A stretch of DNA of 64,000 bases, from positions 66,876,788 through 66,940,787 of the forward strand of contig CM120640.1 of assembly GCA_051362555.1 (NCBI GenBank), in the 5' to 3' direction. Positions within the stretch are counted from its first letter, which is position 1. Every line of letters starts with the position of its first letter. This stretch comes from Lingula anatina. Taxonomy: Eukaryota; Animalia; Brachiopoda. The notes below the pieces were generated by a model. It saw only the letters and a list, made by a program, of their open reading frames with translations, did no database searches and had not been told where the DNA came from. The position numbers and the translations under genes were made by a program. Below are positions 38,701 through 52,179 of the stretch, piece by piece.

Positions 38701-41700
38701 ATATTCAACCGAGCTCTTAATAACACAAAATAATGCTCTCTATGTACATTTGAAACTAATGAACAGAACCAGTAAGCGGCGTAAATAAGTTCATTAAAAA
38801 ACTATAGGCAGTAAGACTGCAACAAGCATTATACGTGTTATTTAATATGAGATAGTGTTCTGCAGTGCAACTACATCACTTGGAAGTGCTAGGATTCTAT
38901 GGCCGATCGATAGTGCGTGGGAAGTCAGTAAAGCATGCTTTGTCCCTCGGGGCCCGTAGCCTCGGTCTCGCAGCGGGGCTTTCACAAATACAAACAATGT
39001 CGTCAACAAATTGCGTCATCCTTCTGGCAAGGATTCATTTCACGACTGTCAAACGAATTACTGCTGACGACAACTAAATAAAGCGCCAAGTTACCAAGTG
39101 GCTTTGACAATGGAGTTAACGTCTAGTTTCATCGTCACTGGACGTGTTACCACGATTTTCAATTTTGAGGACAGTTGTACAAATTTGCTCAGAATACTCC
39201 AGAGACACCCTCGTTTAAAAGCACACCATTGTAATTATCTATCTGTAAAATGGCTTCTCTCTTTATTGATTAAATACACAATGATCAAAAGCTGTAAATT
39301 ACTTTAATTAAGTGCATGATAAATGATCTGTGTTTTGGACGCGGTTTTATGGGGTGTCAGCAATTTCAAACCACCACGTGCTAGACATTTCCCTCGTGTT
39401 GAAACAATAGTTTAGAATACACGTCTGTCAGAAGCAAATACAAATAAAAACTCGATCATCAGATGATTTAACGCGCTTGAGACTAATTTTGGGATACCTT
39501 ATTTTATAATTAAAATGCAACTCCCTGTATAAAATGACAAGTTGACAGTGTCACAGGAGAAGGGGCCTATGTTGAAAGGTAAAATGGACCATGGAATCCG
39601 TGGCGTGACAGAAAAAAAAGCTACGGCTGTAAGATTTTAACATTTCTTGCCGCATGCAGCTATTTGGTAAAAAAGGCGGTTATTTTAGTGCACCCGACGT
39701 TGTCTACCTACCTAGATAATGCAACCATTTTTAAGATTGTGAAAGTCAAATGTAGCACTTTGGATATCATTTCTGCGAAATGCACTGTATATGTAAGTTA
39801 TGGAGGATTGGTTTGATATATTATTATGTTTTTTTTTAAATCAGTCGGATAGTTTGAATCTGAATAGATTTAAGTTTGGGGGTCGCTAGTACCAGTTTTT
39901 ATAAAGAAACCCATTGAAGTACGTTAGTAAGACCAAGATGTCCCAAATGCCTGAAATAGTCTTTGTTTAGCTTTGGTAAATGAGAAAGAAAAAGTTTGAA
40001 ACCTGTCGAAGCCTGAAATCAGTAAAATATCTGAATTTCTCCAAACATTTTGGCCCAAATTTTGGTCTTCTTCAGTTCAAGTAACAATAGTGAGTAATTA
40101 TTGGGGTAAAACTTTGGCCATGCTTCTTCGGGTATGAAACAGTAATTCATATAATTGGTGATTTATATTCCGTCAGAGCGGAAAAATATCTGGTCTAAAA
40201 GTTATTAAGACCAGTTTTCAGGCTACAGCTCTTCTGTAGAACAGGTACCACTAGGTCTATTTCATGGGCGTGAGCGGATATGTCACTTTTGTTTGAATGC
40301 AACCGGTGTGTGTGTTTTACTGCAGATGATGGTTTAAATTTCTCTTCAGATGTCAAATTATTGAACTATTAGTCATTTAATTTAAGTACCACGTCTCTCT
40401 GTTTCCAGTCTTTGAATATGAAGTACTAGTTGTATAATGCATGAGAGTTCTTGTCTTCTTTTTAACGGTTTAGCATATGTCATTATTGTAATGTATTATT
40501 GTTAAATCACAGCCTTTTTTTGTAAAAATACTGAAACATAAAATCTTCTATTATTTTAGAAAAATGATATAGAGTATAAATAAAATGTAAATTTTGAGAC
40601 CCCTTTACGTCCGAGAGCGCTTTTTAATATATCACACCTTGTGCGAGGTACGATATTTGCCAGGTAGTGTCAGTGTCTCTTTGTATTATCCCATTGGTCC
40701 AATGAGGCACTTTCCAAGCATGGGCATCGTTTGCGGCGCTTAGGCCTCCCATTGGTATAGTTTAAACGTAACTCCATGAGTATGTTTTACTACCCGAAAA
40801 CATGGTTGTACTCAGTTAGCACTCACGGTTTGTCGTTATTTGTATACTAAAACAAAACAAAAACCGTTTGGTGAGCCCGTCGGGTGTGACTTCCTGACTT
40901 CCCATATAAAAGGAAATGTGTGTAACAGAGTATTGCATGTATGACTGATCGCCATATATTTGTAATCAAGTGAGAAACGGTTTCTATGTCTTGTTCCTGA
41001 TATATTGGAGACGCCACAATAAAATATATTTATCACATATGGCGCACTTCCTTGTCTAGTGATATCTATTTTGATGAATATTAAACAATTTACATAATCT
41101 TGAAAATTAGTATTGGTGCTAAATTCTTGACGGTCTTTTTCAAGGCAGTGAATAATGACCAAATTTCCCCTTCTTTGAGATTATTGTATGCTTTAAATCA
41201 ATGTTAGGTGGACGCTGTTCGTCTATTAGAAAGCACCTCGTTTAATGATGGTAGATTCTCTGAGGTACGCACTTTCCATTATGTAATCAGGACAGACTCA
41301 AATAATTACTCCCTCCCTAGACTCCAGATAATGATAAAAATCAACAATCAGCATATATCGAGGGAAGACATTACTGGCAATGTTTTTAATGCCCTGGCTG
41401 TTTAATATTTCTGATGCTGATTGAACATCAGAACCTGTTGACACTTCTCCTCCTGCGTAGGCGAAAGGTATTCTGGTTTCTAAATCCCGTTGGAACAGTG
41501 CTCCATTAGCGCTAAATACAGAGTATTTAGCCCAAAATCGCACGCAATTGTTTTGTACCTAAGTTATGAATATTCAAATCTTTGATCAGCTGGCTTTATT
41601 TTGTGCCTTTCAGTTGCAGTGTTTATGCCTTTCTGTTGACCAATGAAGACAACGGAAGTCTTTTGTCACCGGATCATGAGGACAGGCAGGTTGTTTTGGT

Positions 41701-42228
41701 GCCACTAAATGAGTTCTGCAATCTACGTACATTGCCTTCAGGGACTTCACGACAGAATAGGTCGCATTTCGAATTCAGTTCTTTGTTTAATGCAATAAAC
41801 ATCATAGACCTATCCAGTACATTATATATGTATCATACATCTTTTCAAAAATAATTACTTAATTCAACTTGCAACACAAAGGGCGTTTTGGGCTGTGTTT
41901 CTGACTTGAACTTGACCTTAAGAATCCTTGGCATCATAATAATGAAGTAAAATGTTGTAACCTCTTGAGGTCGTTAACCTTTGTAAGTCCACGTGGTGGT
42001 CTACTACAACTAATAACATATGAGTATCAACACCGCGGTACGTGCACCAACTATGGAGATGTGTATGTAGAGATAAAACCACGTTGGTCGAGTAACATAA
42101 TACTTCAGGATAACGCAGTAGTACCTGAAAACCAAAGAGTACGATCTTTTCGCCTGTGTGACTTGGAGGCAATCATTCACGATGCCTGGAACTATTTCCC
42201 TGAAAACTGACGAGTAAGACTCGTTCGT

Positions 42229-42269
<41 letters not shown>

Positions 42270-45085
42270 GTTTCATCTTATAATAAGAAAAACGTGCGTA
42301 TCTTTACAGGTGTTCGACGAATGATGTATCAGAACGTTAAAACAGTCGCACAGGTATCTCATCTGCCGAAGTCGATATCTGCTCTCTTCGTAGCTGGCTT
42401 TAACAGACCTACGAGAAACATTCGTGTTAATTTTTCAAAACATAATATCACACGCTACATGACCTTAGAGACTTCTCTTACAGGAAATAATCAACACATA
42501 ATTCGGCTAATATGTAAGGACTCCCTATCGAATCTACAGTGTATGAAGATTATCAAACCTGCAGAATGACATACAGCATACAACACGGCTCAGTCTCGGT
42601 TATAATAAGGTACCCTGCTAGCGATAAGATGTTACAGCTTTCTTTCTCTCTTGTTTATCATGGAATAACACAATTACTCGTACTTCATTAGAAACATAAC
42701 CAACATTGGAGATATAGGCAAGATCTCACAGTTGCTGACATCGACTGACTGGCCATACTAATGGCAGGCATATACAATATAAAAATCATATTCTAAAGCT
42801 AAGAGACTTGCGTGACTTTATTTCGATCAAGACATTCAACTTGTACATCATCCCACATCTTTAATTGCAAAGGTATCGTCCTTGGTAATTATATAACAGG
42901 TTAAGACATAAACAGCATGAAACTGTCGTGCTTTGATAACTAATATACTATTATATATAAATAAATTATGTCAAAAGCAAAAATCACTGGACAGGAAAGG
43001 TTAGGGTTACTGGGAGCACACGCCATTAAGTACATCCGTGTCAAAGCGTCAGCCCGAAGCGCTAGCCTGGCCTGGAGTGATAACGGCTTCAGAATGCAAA
43101 TGCTTAGCGGTCTACGATAAGGACTGTACTTTTCTGTATCACTCAGCTCTTCGCACAATGTTTTGTTACTTAATTACGCTGTGTTCGTGAAACATGTAAT
43201 GGTATTTAATGGTGCTAACGCCTGGAAATCCCTTTGAAAACGTGGAAGAGGACCATGTTTAATTTGCCCATCTGTGTGGTTAGAAATGAGGATATACAAC
43301 GTTACTCTGCGCATAAAAGCCGTATGATAACACTTGACATTTAAATCAAGGTAACATAATTGGAGAGTGGATGGGAATCCGCTGAGATATTAACGTATAA
43401 TCATGAACATATGTTGGATGTGTACCTGAGAAAGGCTGCGAACGCATTGCGCCTGCGTGTTTTATACTGGGAGGATTAAGTCGTGTAGATTTTGAAGCAT
43501 ACAGGATTTTTGTTTGAGAAACAGACAACGGACGTCATTGGCACCAGAAAAAGACCCAAAGAAAATTTAGCCTTTTTATCATTTGATTACCACCGATTTT
43601 TGTGTTTCATCACGGGAATAACATCAAGCGGTCAAGTGTAAAACAAAATTACCCAGTGTCTCACGGTTTATTGACTCACTGTGACTTGGCGGAGGAAAGT
43701 TCTCGGAATGTCGATAATACATCCCCCACAACAATGAATACCGAGTAATAACTTTGTATCAACTCTCTACTCACATCCCAGTGAAGCAATATTTTGAGCA
43801 ATTAATAGTTAATATTGAACGAAATCACAATTGTTTATCTGTTAGTTACGCACTGGTTACATAACGCGCTGTTTTGCTTGTGCTGCGTAGAAGAGAAGAA
43901 CTTGTATTCTTATTGCGTTGTGTCAGTTACTTTGAAATATCTTCCAGTGTTGTAGTTCGACCTTTGCTCAGAGCTCATTTAATATTATGGCTCTGCAGAA
44001 CATAATGAAACACTTACATGTAGCAGCTAAAAATGCATTCGACAAAACAAGTGATCGTTTTATGTGTGAACGGAGAATTGTTAATCTGTCGTGTGAAGTA
44101 TAAACTGTATACGCAATACACAGACGCTTGTAAATTATGAAACTATGCTACGCGTTCATTCTCCAAGCTTAATACAAACACATTTGCTTTGAAAATATAT
44201 TAGAATATAATTTGAAATGCAATATCTAATTTAATTCTCAAGTTAAAGAAACTAAAAAAATAATATAAGCCTCCACTCGCTGACAGAAGTGATATTACTC
44301 ACCCGGGCAGCCCTGGAGGTTTGAGGTTTTTCAAGTAAATCCCATAGTTTTTGTCTCCATTTGGCACATCTACCTGTACCAAAGTTCTCCTCTTCACCTC
44401 CTTCCCGAAGACTTTCCGCCTCCTTTCTCATTTCCTCGTAAACATGTTCCTTTTTCTGGTGATACCTATGTTGGCAACATGACTCTAAGTAAAGCTCGTC
44501 AACTCCCCAGTATTCCAGATCATCACTAAACGACAGAACACACATCTCTTCCACTAAGTGAAGCTTTCCAGTTCGATAGAAATTAATGATAGATGCAAAT
44601 GATCTCGGATGACGATCGAAGAAATATTCGTTGTCCATAAGACTATAATCATCGCATAGGTCCATAATACTTTCATGCGATGTACTAGTCTTCAGTTTAC
44701 CGAGTCTTGAATGCGGCATTCTGTCCAGCGTTTTCCACATAACTTCGTGCTTAACTCCTCCGACGTTAATGGTAACTCTGTTGCTGTGAGCCCTGCTCTG
44801 CATAATTGTATACGGGTCTGGAGGAGGTCCCTGCATAAAGGGCTGGTATACAGGGGTCTTGAGAGGTGGACCCGGCTGGGGCTGCATGTCTGTTTGATTC
44901 CCGGAACTGAACTGCAATGGCAATGCATCAGATGGTGCAGTGAGCGGATTGGGAGTTATTTTTGCTTCACTGGTGGTACTTTCGCTCTCTCGCTTTCTCC
45001 TTATTAACATTTGTTCCCTGAAACTAGTTCCCGAGCCGTTTTCTATGGATGTATCGCGTGCTCTGTAGGAGTGGGACCTTGCCAT
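26235..45085 (-). CDS. KCNB: Voltage-gated potassium channel, Shab/Kv2 (KCNB) family
   Basis: Phase-consistent exons 45085-44303, 34543-33482, 29583-29049, 26785-26235. T1 domain [25 protein letters not shown]; S4 [24 protein letters not shown]; pore TTVGYGD; Kv2-specific PIPIIV. The start is taken as the first in-frame ATG after the in-frame TAG at 45185-45187. Confidence 0.93.
29049..29583 (-). CDS. KCNB: KCNB C-terminal tail exon (Ser/Pro/Lys-rich)
   Basis: Open frame from the phase-0 acceptor at 29584-29585 to the donor GTAAGA at 29048; phases match both neighbouring exons. Confidence 0.75.
30241..30277. mobile_element. 37-bp minimal transposon derivative: 13-bp perfect TIRs and 7-bp TSD
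   Basis: GTGAAAG-CAGGGAATTATAT-tgtagtccatg-ATATAATTCCCTG-GTGAAAG. Confidence 0.8.
32746..32778. repeat. Short tandem duplication, period 28 bp (first copy starts ~32726)
   Basis: AGAGGTCTATTTTCAAGTATTCAAT occurs twice (32726 and 32754). Confidence 0.85.
33482..34543 (-). CDS. KCNB: KCNB coding exon 2: S1-S6, pore and proximal C-terminus
   Basis: Acceptor at 34544-34545, donor GTGAGC at 33481; all six transmembrane segments and TVGYGD. Confidence 0.97.
36878..37077. repeat. Imperfect 110-bp tandem duplication in KCNB intron 1
   Basis: TTTCAATGCTGCGGTTGGTAAAACATGCCGTCGACATAC at ~36928 and ~37038; TGGCGGCCAATT.CAACA.AAA precedes both. Confidence 0.9.
44303..45085 (-). CDS. KCNB: KCNB coding exon 1: N-terminus and T1 (BTB) tetramerisation domain
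   Basis: ORF 44252-45166; donor GTGAGT at 44302; ends [15 protein letters not shown]. Confidence 0.95.
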
Positions 45086-48000
45086 ACCCTGTGGTCCGCT
45101 GCTGCTCGGGGTAGAGCTATCTGCTTGGCCACTAGAACCGGGATGATAAAACCATGCGTGAGCCAAAGTTGCGTGCGCAGATGGCTAGAAGCAGACGATC
45201 AATCGTTTTGCTGAGCAGACGATCAATCGTAGAAGAAGAAATGTTGTTCACCAGACGACAGTCACAAAACCACATAAATGAAGAAACATCACAGCTTTCA
45301 CTAGTAGTACTCAACGGAAAGATAGTGCAGTCTTACACAACTCTGTAACATTACTATGTAACAGGAGCAACACGAAAGGGTTGAGGTACAAAAGATGTAT
45401 CCTCGAGGGGGAGTGACAACCGAAGCGTTGCAGAGACATCTGGAAATATACGAAACGTCACATAAGAAGAGTAATCTACTCTGCTGTAATTTACTGCTGC
45501 AGCTATCTCTCTATTGTGCCTATAGTATGTGCAAATCGCGGTGAAATTTGATGATCATACTATTGCTTGACGAGAATAACTTATTTGCATACTGGTAGTC
45601 ATTACTCATGATTGCAGTATTGATTTGACGACCTTTTAATTTTGATTGGTTATATTAATTTATAGCTAAAGATTTTCTCTCCTAAAATCTTTACGTTAAT
45701 TTACCATAGTGCCTTATGTTTTAGACTACTGCATTGATGTGGATGATTTCTGAAACGGTTTCAATCGGCTGTGATTGCCACAAACTGCGTTGATCTGAGC
45801 AGAAGAAATGGACCAACCGTGGCTATATCGTGCCAGCGGGGCAACAACAGAAGAAAATTGGTGACGGGGAAGGTTCTTTCGATGTGACTTCATTCCACAT
45901 GTAAGCGCTTCATACGCTCCTGCCAATACTCTGTGTGGATCATCTCCCAGTTAGGCGCATGTTACGGTAAGAAATGATATAATTAAATGGAAACCTGCTT
46001 GAACGAGGGCTTGCTTTAAATACATACCTACATCCTACGATCATTTGGATCAATTTCAAACGTGATGTTCGCGATTTTTTCCTTAAGTTTTCCCTGTTCG
46101 CACATAATTTAACTATGCCAATCATTGCAACAGTTAACAACGGAAAAGAAGAGCATTCGCCAAAATAGGATCGAGACTTTCGTAATCCCTCGTTAGCCTA
46201 GAATGAGTTAAAATCTAATGATGTAAACCGCATTGCGACAGATCACAGTGAGCTAGCTATATTTTTATACTTCAAGCAGCAAAACATATGATCATCAAAT
46301 TATACACTTATGCTCAGTGCGTCTAAGAGTGTTTGCTATGGAACAACTAATAGGCTGCATAAAGATATTAGTTGTTCACATATTCAAGTAAAAGGATTTG
46401 CATAACAGCATACATACAAACATAGGCATTACAAACAAAATGGTCTTGTAAAATAATCACATATAGATGACCTAAAAACTAAAGCATAAAAAAGATATTC
46501 TACTACTTAAATTAATTTATCCTACTAAAACGTGCAAACATTCATGGCAATCTGTTGATACTGAAACGGTTTTTATGACATTTTGATTTGAAAGGAATAA
46601 ATCGTTAGGTGAGATAATACTACAGCGTTCTATTTGTCAGGTGAGACTTAATTTGGCACAATATTCCACGAAACGGATTTAATACCGGAAAGGATTTTAT
46701 GTGATGCATTAAAGTATATTGGACACGTATCGGCATTTTTGAAGTAGTGTATGGAGGACTTATGGTTAATCTATGTTGGCATTTTCAAAGATACAATCTA
46801 ATCGAAGCTAACCCATTTTTTGTAGAAGGCATTGGAACGCTGTTAGCCACGCAAACGTCCCAGTGATCGGGTGCCATCAATGCCGACTAATTTATTCTGT
46901 GTCTGTGAAGCTGTCTGTGGTAATTAATGTGCTGGTTCACTTGATGGTTCTTAATGCTAAGATCATCAAATACCCACTAGTTTATAGGCCAATTACAGCT
47001 GAAAAGGGTTGTGAGTTGGAGAACATAGAGCTGAATTTGCCACAATATTATTTTTCAGCCGAGTGATTCTTTCTGTTCTTTGAGGATTTACTTACAGTCG
47101 CACTTGTTCTGGTACTTTTCCCCATCTCTCTCTTTCTAGAGGTGTCAATGATCTGCACCTAACATGTAAGCTGATTACAATCAACGTATGGGTGATTAAC
47201 GTGCGCGAAAGTACAGACGTCAACAAACGCTGGCGCTATAATAGCTCACAGGAAACTTCGTCATGTAAAGGCGGTCTAGGCGGAAATGACATCTTTTACA
47301 CACTAGCTAGGCCGTCGTCATCGAGTTACTAATTGTGCTCTAGTTTTACACACTTCCCTCTATCCCTCTTAATTAAACATTTTTGCCAGAAGATTTACAG
47401 TTTTGTTTATATTGAAATAATTATTAAAAAACGTTACAATTATCTGTATCTGTTTAAGAGATGATTATTACTGTTATTATTATTATTATTATTATTTTTT
47501 TTTTTTGAAGAGGTGGTTATTTTAAGTAAAACTTGTAATTTATTTGCATGAGTAAATGTTAATTTTGGCAGTAAACTCAGAGGCAGAGGACTGAATTATT
47601 TCTAAATTTTGAAAACGTGACCCCTTTGTTCTTTATTTTTCTAAACAGAGGGGCGGAAAGTCACTTGAGGTAGGTTCTTGCGGTAGGTAGAGGGCTCTTA
47701 GATACCACATTGTCAGTAATTTTGTACGTTTTTGTATTTTTCATTGGTTGCATAGGCCATCGCATACACAATCACATATGCAGGGTGCAGACCTAAACTC
47801 GGCCGTCTTCGTTTAAAACTGATATTAATTTTGAAAATGATTCGGGTGTTCTTACATATATGCTGTGATTTTTTTTTTCAAATGTTTAAATCCGGTTTAA
47901 GACACATCATTAATTGTTTGTAAACTACAAATACAATACAGATGACATGGCTAGGTGAAATGAATTCTAATTTCGCCGATTAAAATTTGAAGAGCAGCTA

Positions 48001-51000
48001 GGCTAATCTTGTTTACATCTTAGAACCCTTCCTGATGCACACGTGATGCAGTTCTTCGCGATAACGGTGATCTCTTTATATACATTGCTTTCTTATTTTT
48101 GCTAAAGCATTTTGACATTGGTGGTTTTCGTAGAAACCGATGTTTTCTTTAATGTGACCAAGTTCTCTGGCCTCAACCAGGTACTTGATTAAACTTCAAC
48201 AATGAGCATATTTAAGATGTGAAAGTACATTTCCGTTGGAAATCATACAACTAAATATAATAATCAATTCACATGATAATATTAAAAAGCATATTTTCCA
48301 GGGATTATAATCGTTGTAAGGGAAATGTCTTCTTAGTATCTGATTGAAAAAGTAATATTTCTATATCGGAAAAGGTAAACATCGGATAGCAATCACCAGG
48401 AGCCCGCTGCAGTTATTATCTACCAAATCAAAGAACCTTTTAATCAGGCTCCCTTTTAATTATTTGCATGCAGAGACTGACTACTAATCTGTTTTATTGG
48501 CTGTATATGCGCTACATTACATCGTCACGTCTTTTAATCTGAGATGAATTCTGCTTTGAAAGAGCCATATTAATTCCAGGGTCAGCGTCTACGGAGTTTG
48601 GACCGCCTGTGGATTTCAAATTCATAAAAGCTTAATTTAATCTCTGAACGTGGAATTCATTGATATTGAAAATACCAAATGAATTTTAACCTATTTAATC
48701 CCTTAAACGAAGAAAGATGTGAAGGATAGATAAACTCCATAGGTGACTTGGGGTCATCTCAATCCAAGCGTAATAGAAAACGAGGTCAAAATATGTTCAG
48801 TTATTCTTAAGTTCTGCTCCGAGTAGTTTACCAACAATAGGGTAATCTATTTAATTCACAAGCGGAGCAATTGGCAGAAATTTACGTTGAGTGGAAAACG
48901 GAAAACAGGCATACATAATTTTCAATATACCTAAAAAACGTGTAAGTAGGAAAGACGATAGAAAGATCTTTCCAAGGTCATAGCGATTAACGATATTTCT
49001 TAAGATCTGCTTTTCCTTCTGGTTCTTTCTTGCTGAATGGTTGCTGGAATAAGCATGAAATAAAGGTTCTTTTGATACAGACCCGCTGGTGTTTTTATCT
49101 CATGGATCGATAAGGCTCCATAAATTGCTTGTCCGTATTATTATGGTTTAATTGGAATTACCAGTAGTTGGTGTATAAGACCAGTTTCCAAAGCAACATT
49201 TTGAAGGACATATTATGGGATAGATCTTGCTTTTTTGTCTAAACCGACGAACGATCGACAATCACCTTGCATATTCATAAAGATACTTCGCCAAATACGA
49301 CACAAATGAGGCCCGGGAAATTGTATTGGATATGTTGATTTTTGATGTTGCCGTTCATTTCTGCTTGGGGACAAACTGCAACATCATATAAACAGCAACA
49401 CCAGGTCAATATTGGAAACATTGAAACAAAGATCACCCGCCGCTGTATTTCCTTAAAATAATGCATTACGCCTAACACTGTGCACAAGTATTGAAGAACT
49501 GCGTGTGCTGCGTCCATCAATACGTTTTCAAATTATTTTGATATCCATTCAATCAGCCATCAGGTTCTAAACTGCCTTATATTCGTATTAACGGAAAGAA
49601 TGTCATTAATGTGCGTCCACCCGGCAATGTTTATTACTGATTATTGGGTTTATTACCCTATGAATATTTTGAACTGAAGATTTTTTGTTTATTGTGCCGA
49701 ATACATAGTCAGTGAACATTGCTCTCTATAGAATTCTTGATTAATAATTCAACCTCTTATCAGAGTTACTGTTAGCCCTATGGGCATATGAAATGTTATG
49801 AACCGTGAATGTTAGAAAAGCAATGTGTCTGATTGACTACCAAAAAGGCATTAGCCTGTAAATCAAAAATAAAGGTTTGTTAATGGCATCGGATGGCCTA
49901 CCGGAATGTGCCACTTCATTTCGAAAAAGTCACTAGTAACTACGTTTTGGTTTGCAAAGTGCTTCCCCGAAGGATCGAGCGTGTTAATTGCTCCATTTTT
50001 ATTCTTGCGTATTTTATATTTGCTTTTAGGTATTTCTGGGCCTTGTGTGAAGGCCTTGATTATCCGGCGTTCAATCATTTCACAAAAGCCAATAGTCCGC
50101 ATGCACGAGCAACTCGAACATTTGGCTTGCGGTGTCTCTTTTCTACTAATTCGCTATTTTACGAAAGGAAGCTTGAGGAAACAGTCAATATTCGTCTTTT
50201 GGGGTTTTTCATTTGCGAAAAAAAATTTTTTTTTTGGTTTTGGTCGAATTACATCTATGCATAAACGCACAACTCAATTTATTTTCAACAACACATTTTA
50301 CTGGTAGTACCGAGTCTGTGGCTTGTATTTCCTCGCACTCTAAAGGACTTTTACTATCAGCAGCCTCCATTTATAAGATGAAATACTAATTCTGACTAAT
50401 AATGTTGTTTTAAAAAAACTCAAATATGACCAAATTTTATGCTTGACCAAACCAAGAAATTATGAAAGATTTAAATTGCAAATGGTCCTTAACAGGGTCA
50501 TACACACGTTAGCGTTTTGGGAGTTTGGGACAACTTTCTATCAATTTTCCGATAACAAGGGAACAGGAAATTGTGTGAATATCACCCAAAACAGTTTAGG
50601 CGAGGTCTTGATAGTTATTTTACGTCCCGGTGGATACAATTAACCAGGCATTAGAACGGAGATAAACCAAACGCAAAAGGTCAGGCATCCAGTCGCTAGA
50701 ATACTAAGCTTATTGCAGACTAGCTCGCAGTTTTTGGCACCGTCAGTGAGTTTCTGTCAGTACGTGCTGCGTAAACTAAAATGTAATTCTCCGGGACCAC
50801 CTATATATCTCATTTGTGTTTTCCCCAGGCAGGGAATCTTATTTAGATTACATTTATTTTTATTGTCGCAACAACAATTCCCGCGAAATGTCTAGATTAG
50901 ACTAGGGCAATGAAACGGTATCATGCAACATAGAACTTTCATTTCAAAGTGGTATACCTAAATAGCTTTTACTGACGATAATGAGCACAAAAATAACGCA

Positions 51001-52179
51001 TGTTAATGAAATATTAAATTCTGAGAAGTATCTACCGATTGTTTTTTCGCGACGTTTTGCCTTAAAGTAAACAATTTTGTAGGTAGCCTTTCAGTCATGA
51101 GATTATTATTAGTTTTTTTTTTTAACTTAAGATATACGATTCTCGTAATTATTCTTGTTTTATTTTTTGTTACTCTTTTTTGCCATCCTCCAAGGAACCT
51201 GCGTTTTCACTCAAGTGAGCAGAAGGACCAGGTCCTGTCTCCCTACAGCTATGTCGTTCTTTTACTCTAAACGTCCATATGTCAGGCGGACAAAAACGCA
51301 TCGAACATTTGATTCCAATTCTCAAAAACAACCTTTGATATTTAACGACTTTTGCACGTTATTGTCTCTGTTTTTAGCCACTGGCTCCTCTGACATCCAT
51401 CTGGCATTCAATGCAAAATTGTGGTTTAAAAATGCATCGCCAGAATGCACCATTTAGCAGTGTCTTGGCTTATGACCCTCTTCCAGACCGCCGCACCTTT
51501 GTGCTGTTGATAATTACATTTTCAATGGAGTTGTGGCGAACAATCCATAACGCTAAGGTCACATAAGACCATTTTGAAAAAAAGATTAGTCTGAATACAT
51601 TAAGATTATTGACCCGATTTACAATAAGACACCTTTTTTGTAAGCCAAATCCACGACATTTGAACCTGTCCAATCGAGAAAGTATTGAGGCTGGAATGTT
51701 ACGGAATTTCAATACAATGACCGCATTTCAGAATTCTGGGAAAATATAAAGAACGTGTATCATAATAGTGAAATAAACGGAGGGAAGTGCTTTTGTGTGC
51801 GGAGATCTATAAAGCAGTTTTTACAATACTTTACAATTGAAACTCATAAACGGTTCATTCCGGCTTTGTGTTTTGGACTTTTGAATTGAACGCCACATGT
51901 ACGCTCTTGCTAAAATGATGGAATTTCCCAATAGAGTACAGCATCTACGATTTCAATAAGTTCAAACTATGACAGAATGTAACTTACAATCAACTCATAG
52001 GCGTTTTATTATAATTCCATGTTATACCTTCAAGTTACAGTATAGTTGGGTTATTTATTTGTTTGGTTACCTTTTAGTGATCATTATCAATTTCTTGAAT
52101 TATCGGCAATTTATAGAGAAAGATAAATGATATGTCCAAGAAAGCAGGGATCAAGTTGAGATGAACCCTTGCCATATTG

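Noticed and set aside
42205-42275. Hammerhead ribozyme suggested by CTGACGAG plus a stem
   Set aside because: The required GAAA after stem II is missing.
45086-45166. TTG start at 45166 given by the ORF track for KCNB
   Set aside because: A bacterial-style start call; the first in-frame ATG is at 45085.
49863-50307. Three overlapping 79-133 aa ORFs
   Set aside because: No recognisable domain or splice pattern; F/I/L-rich composition typical of AT-rich noncoding DNA.
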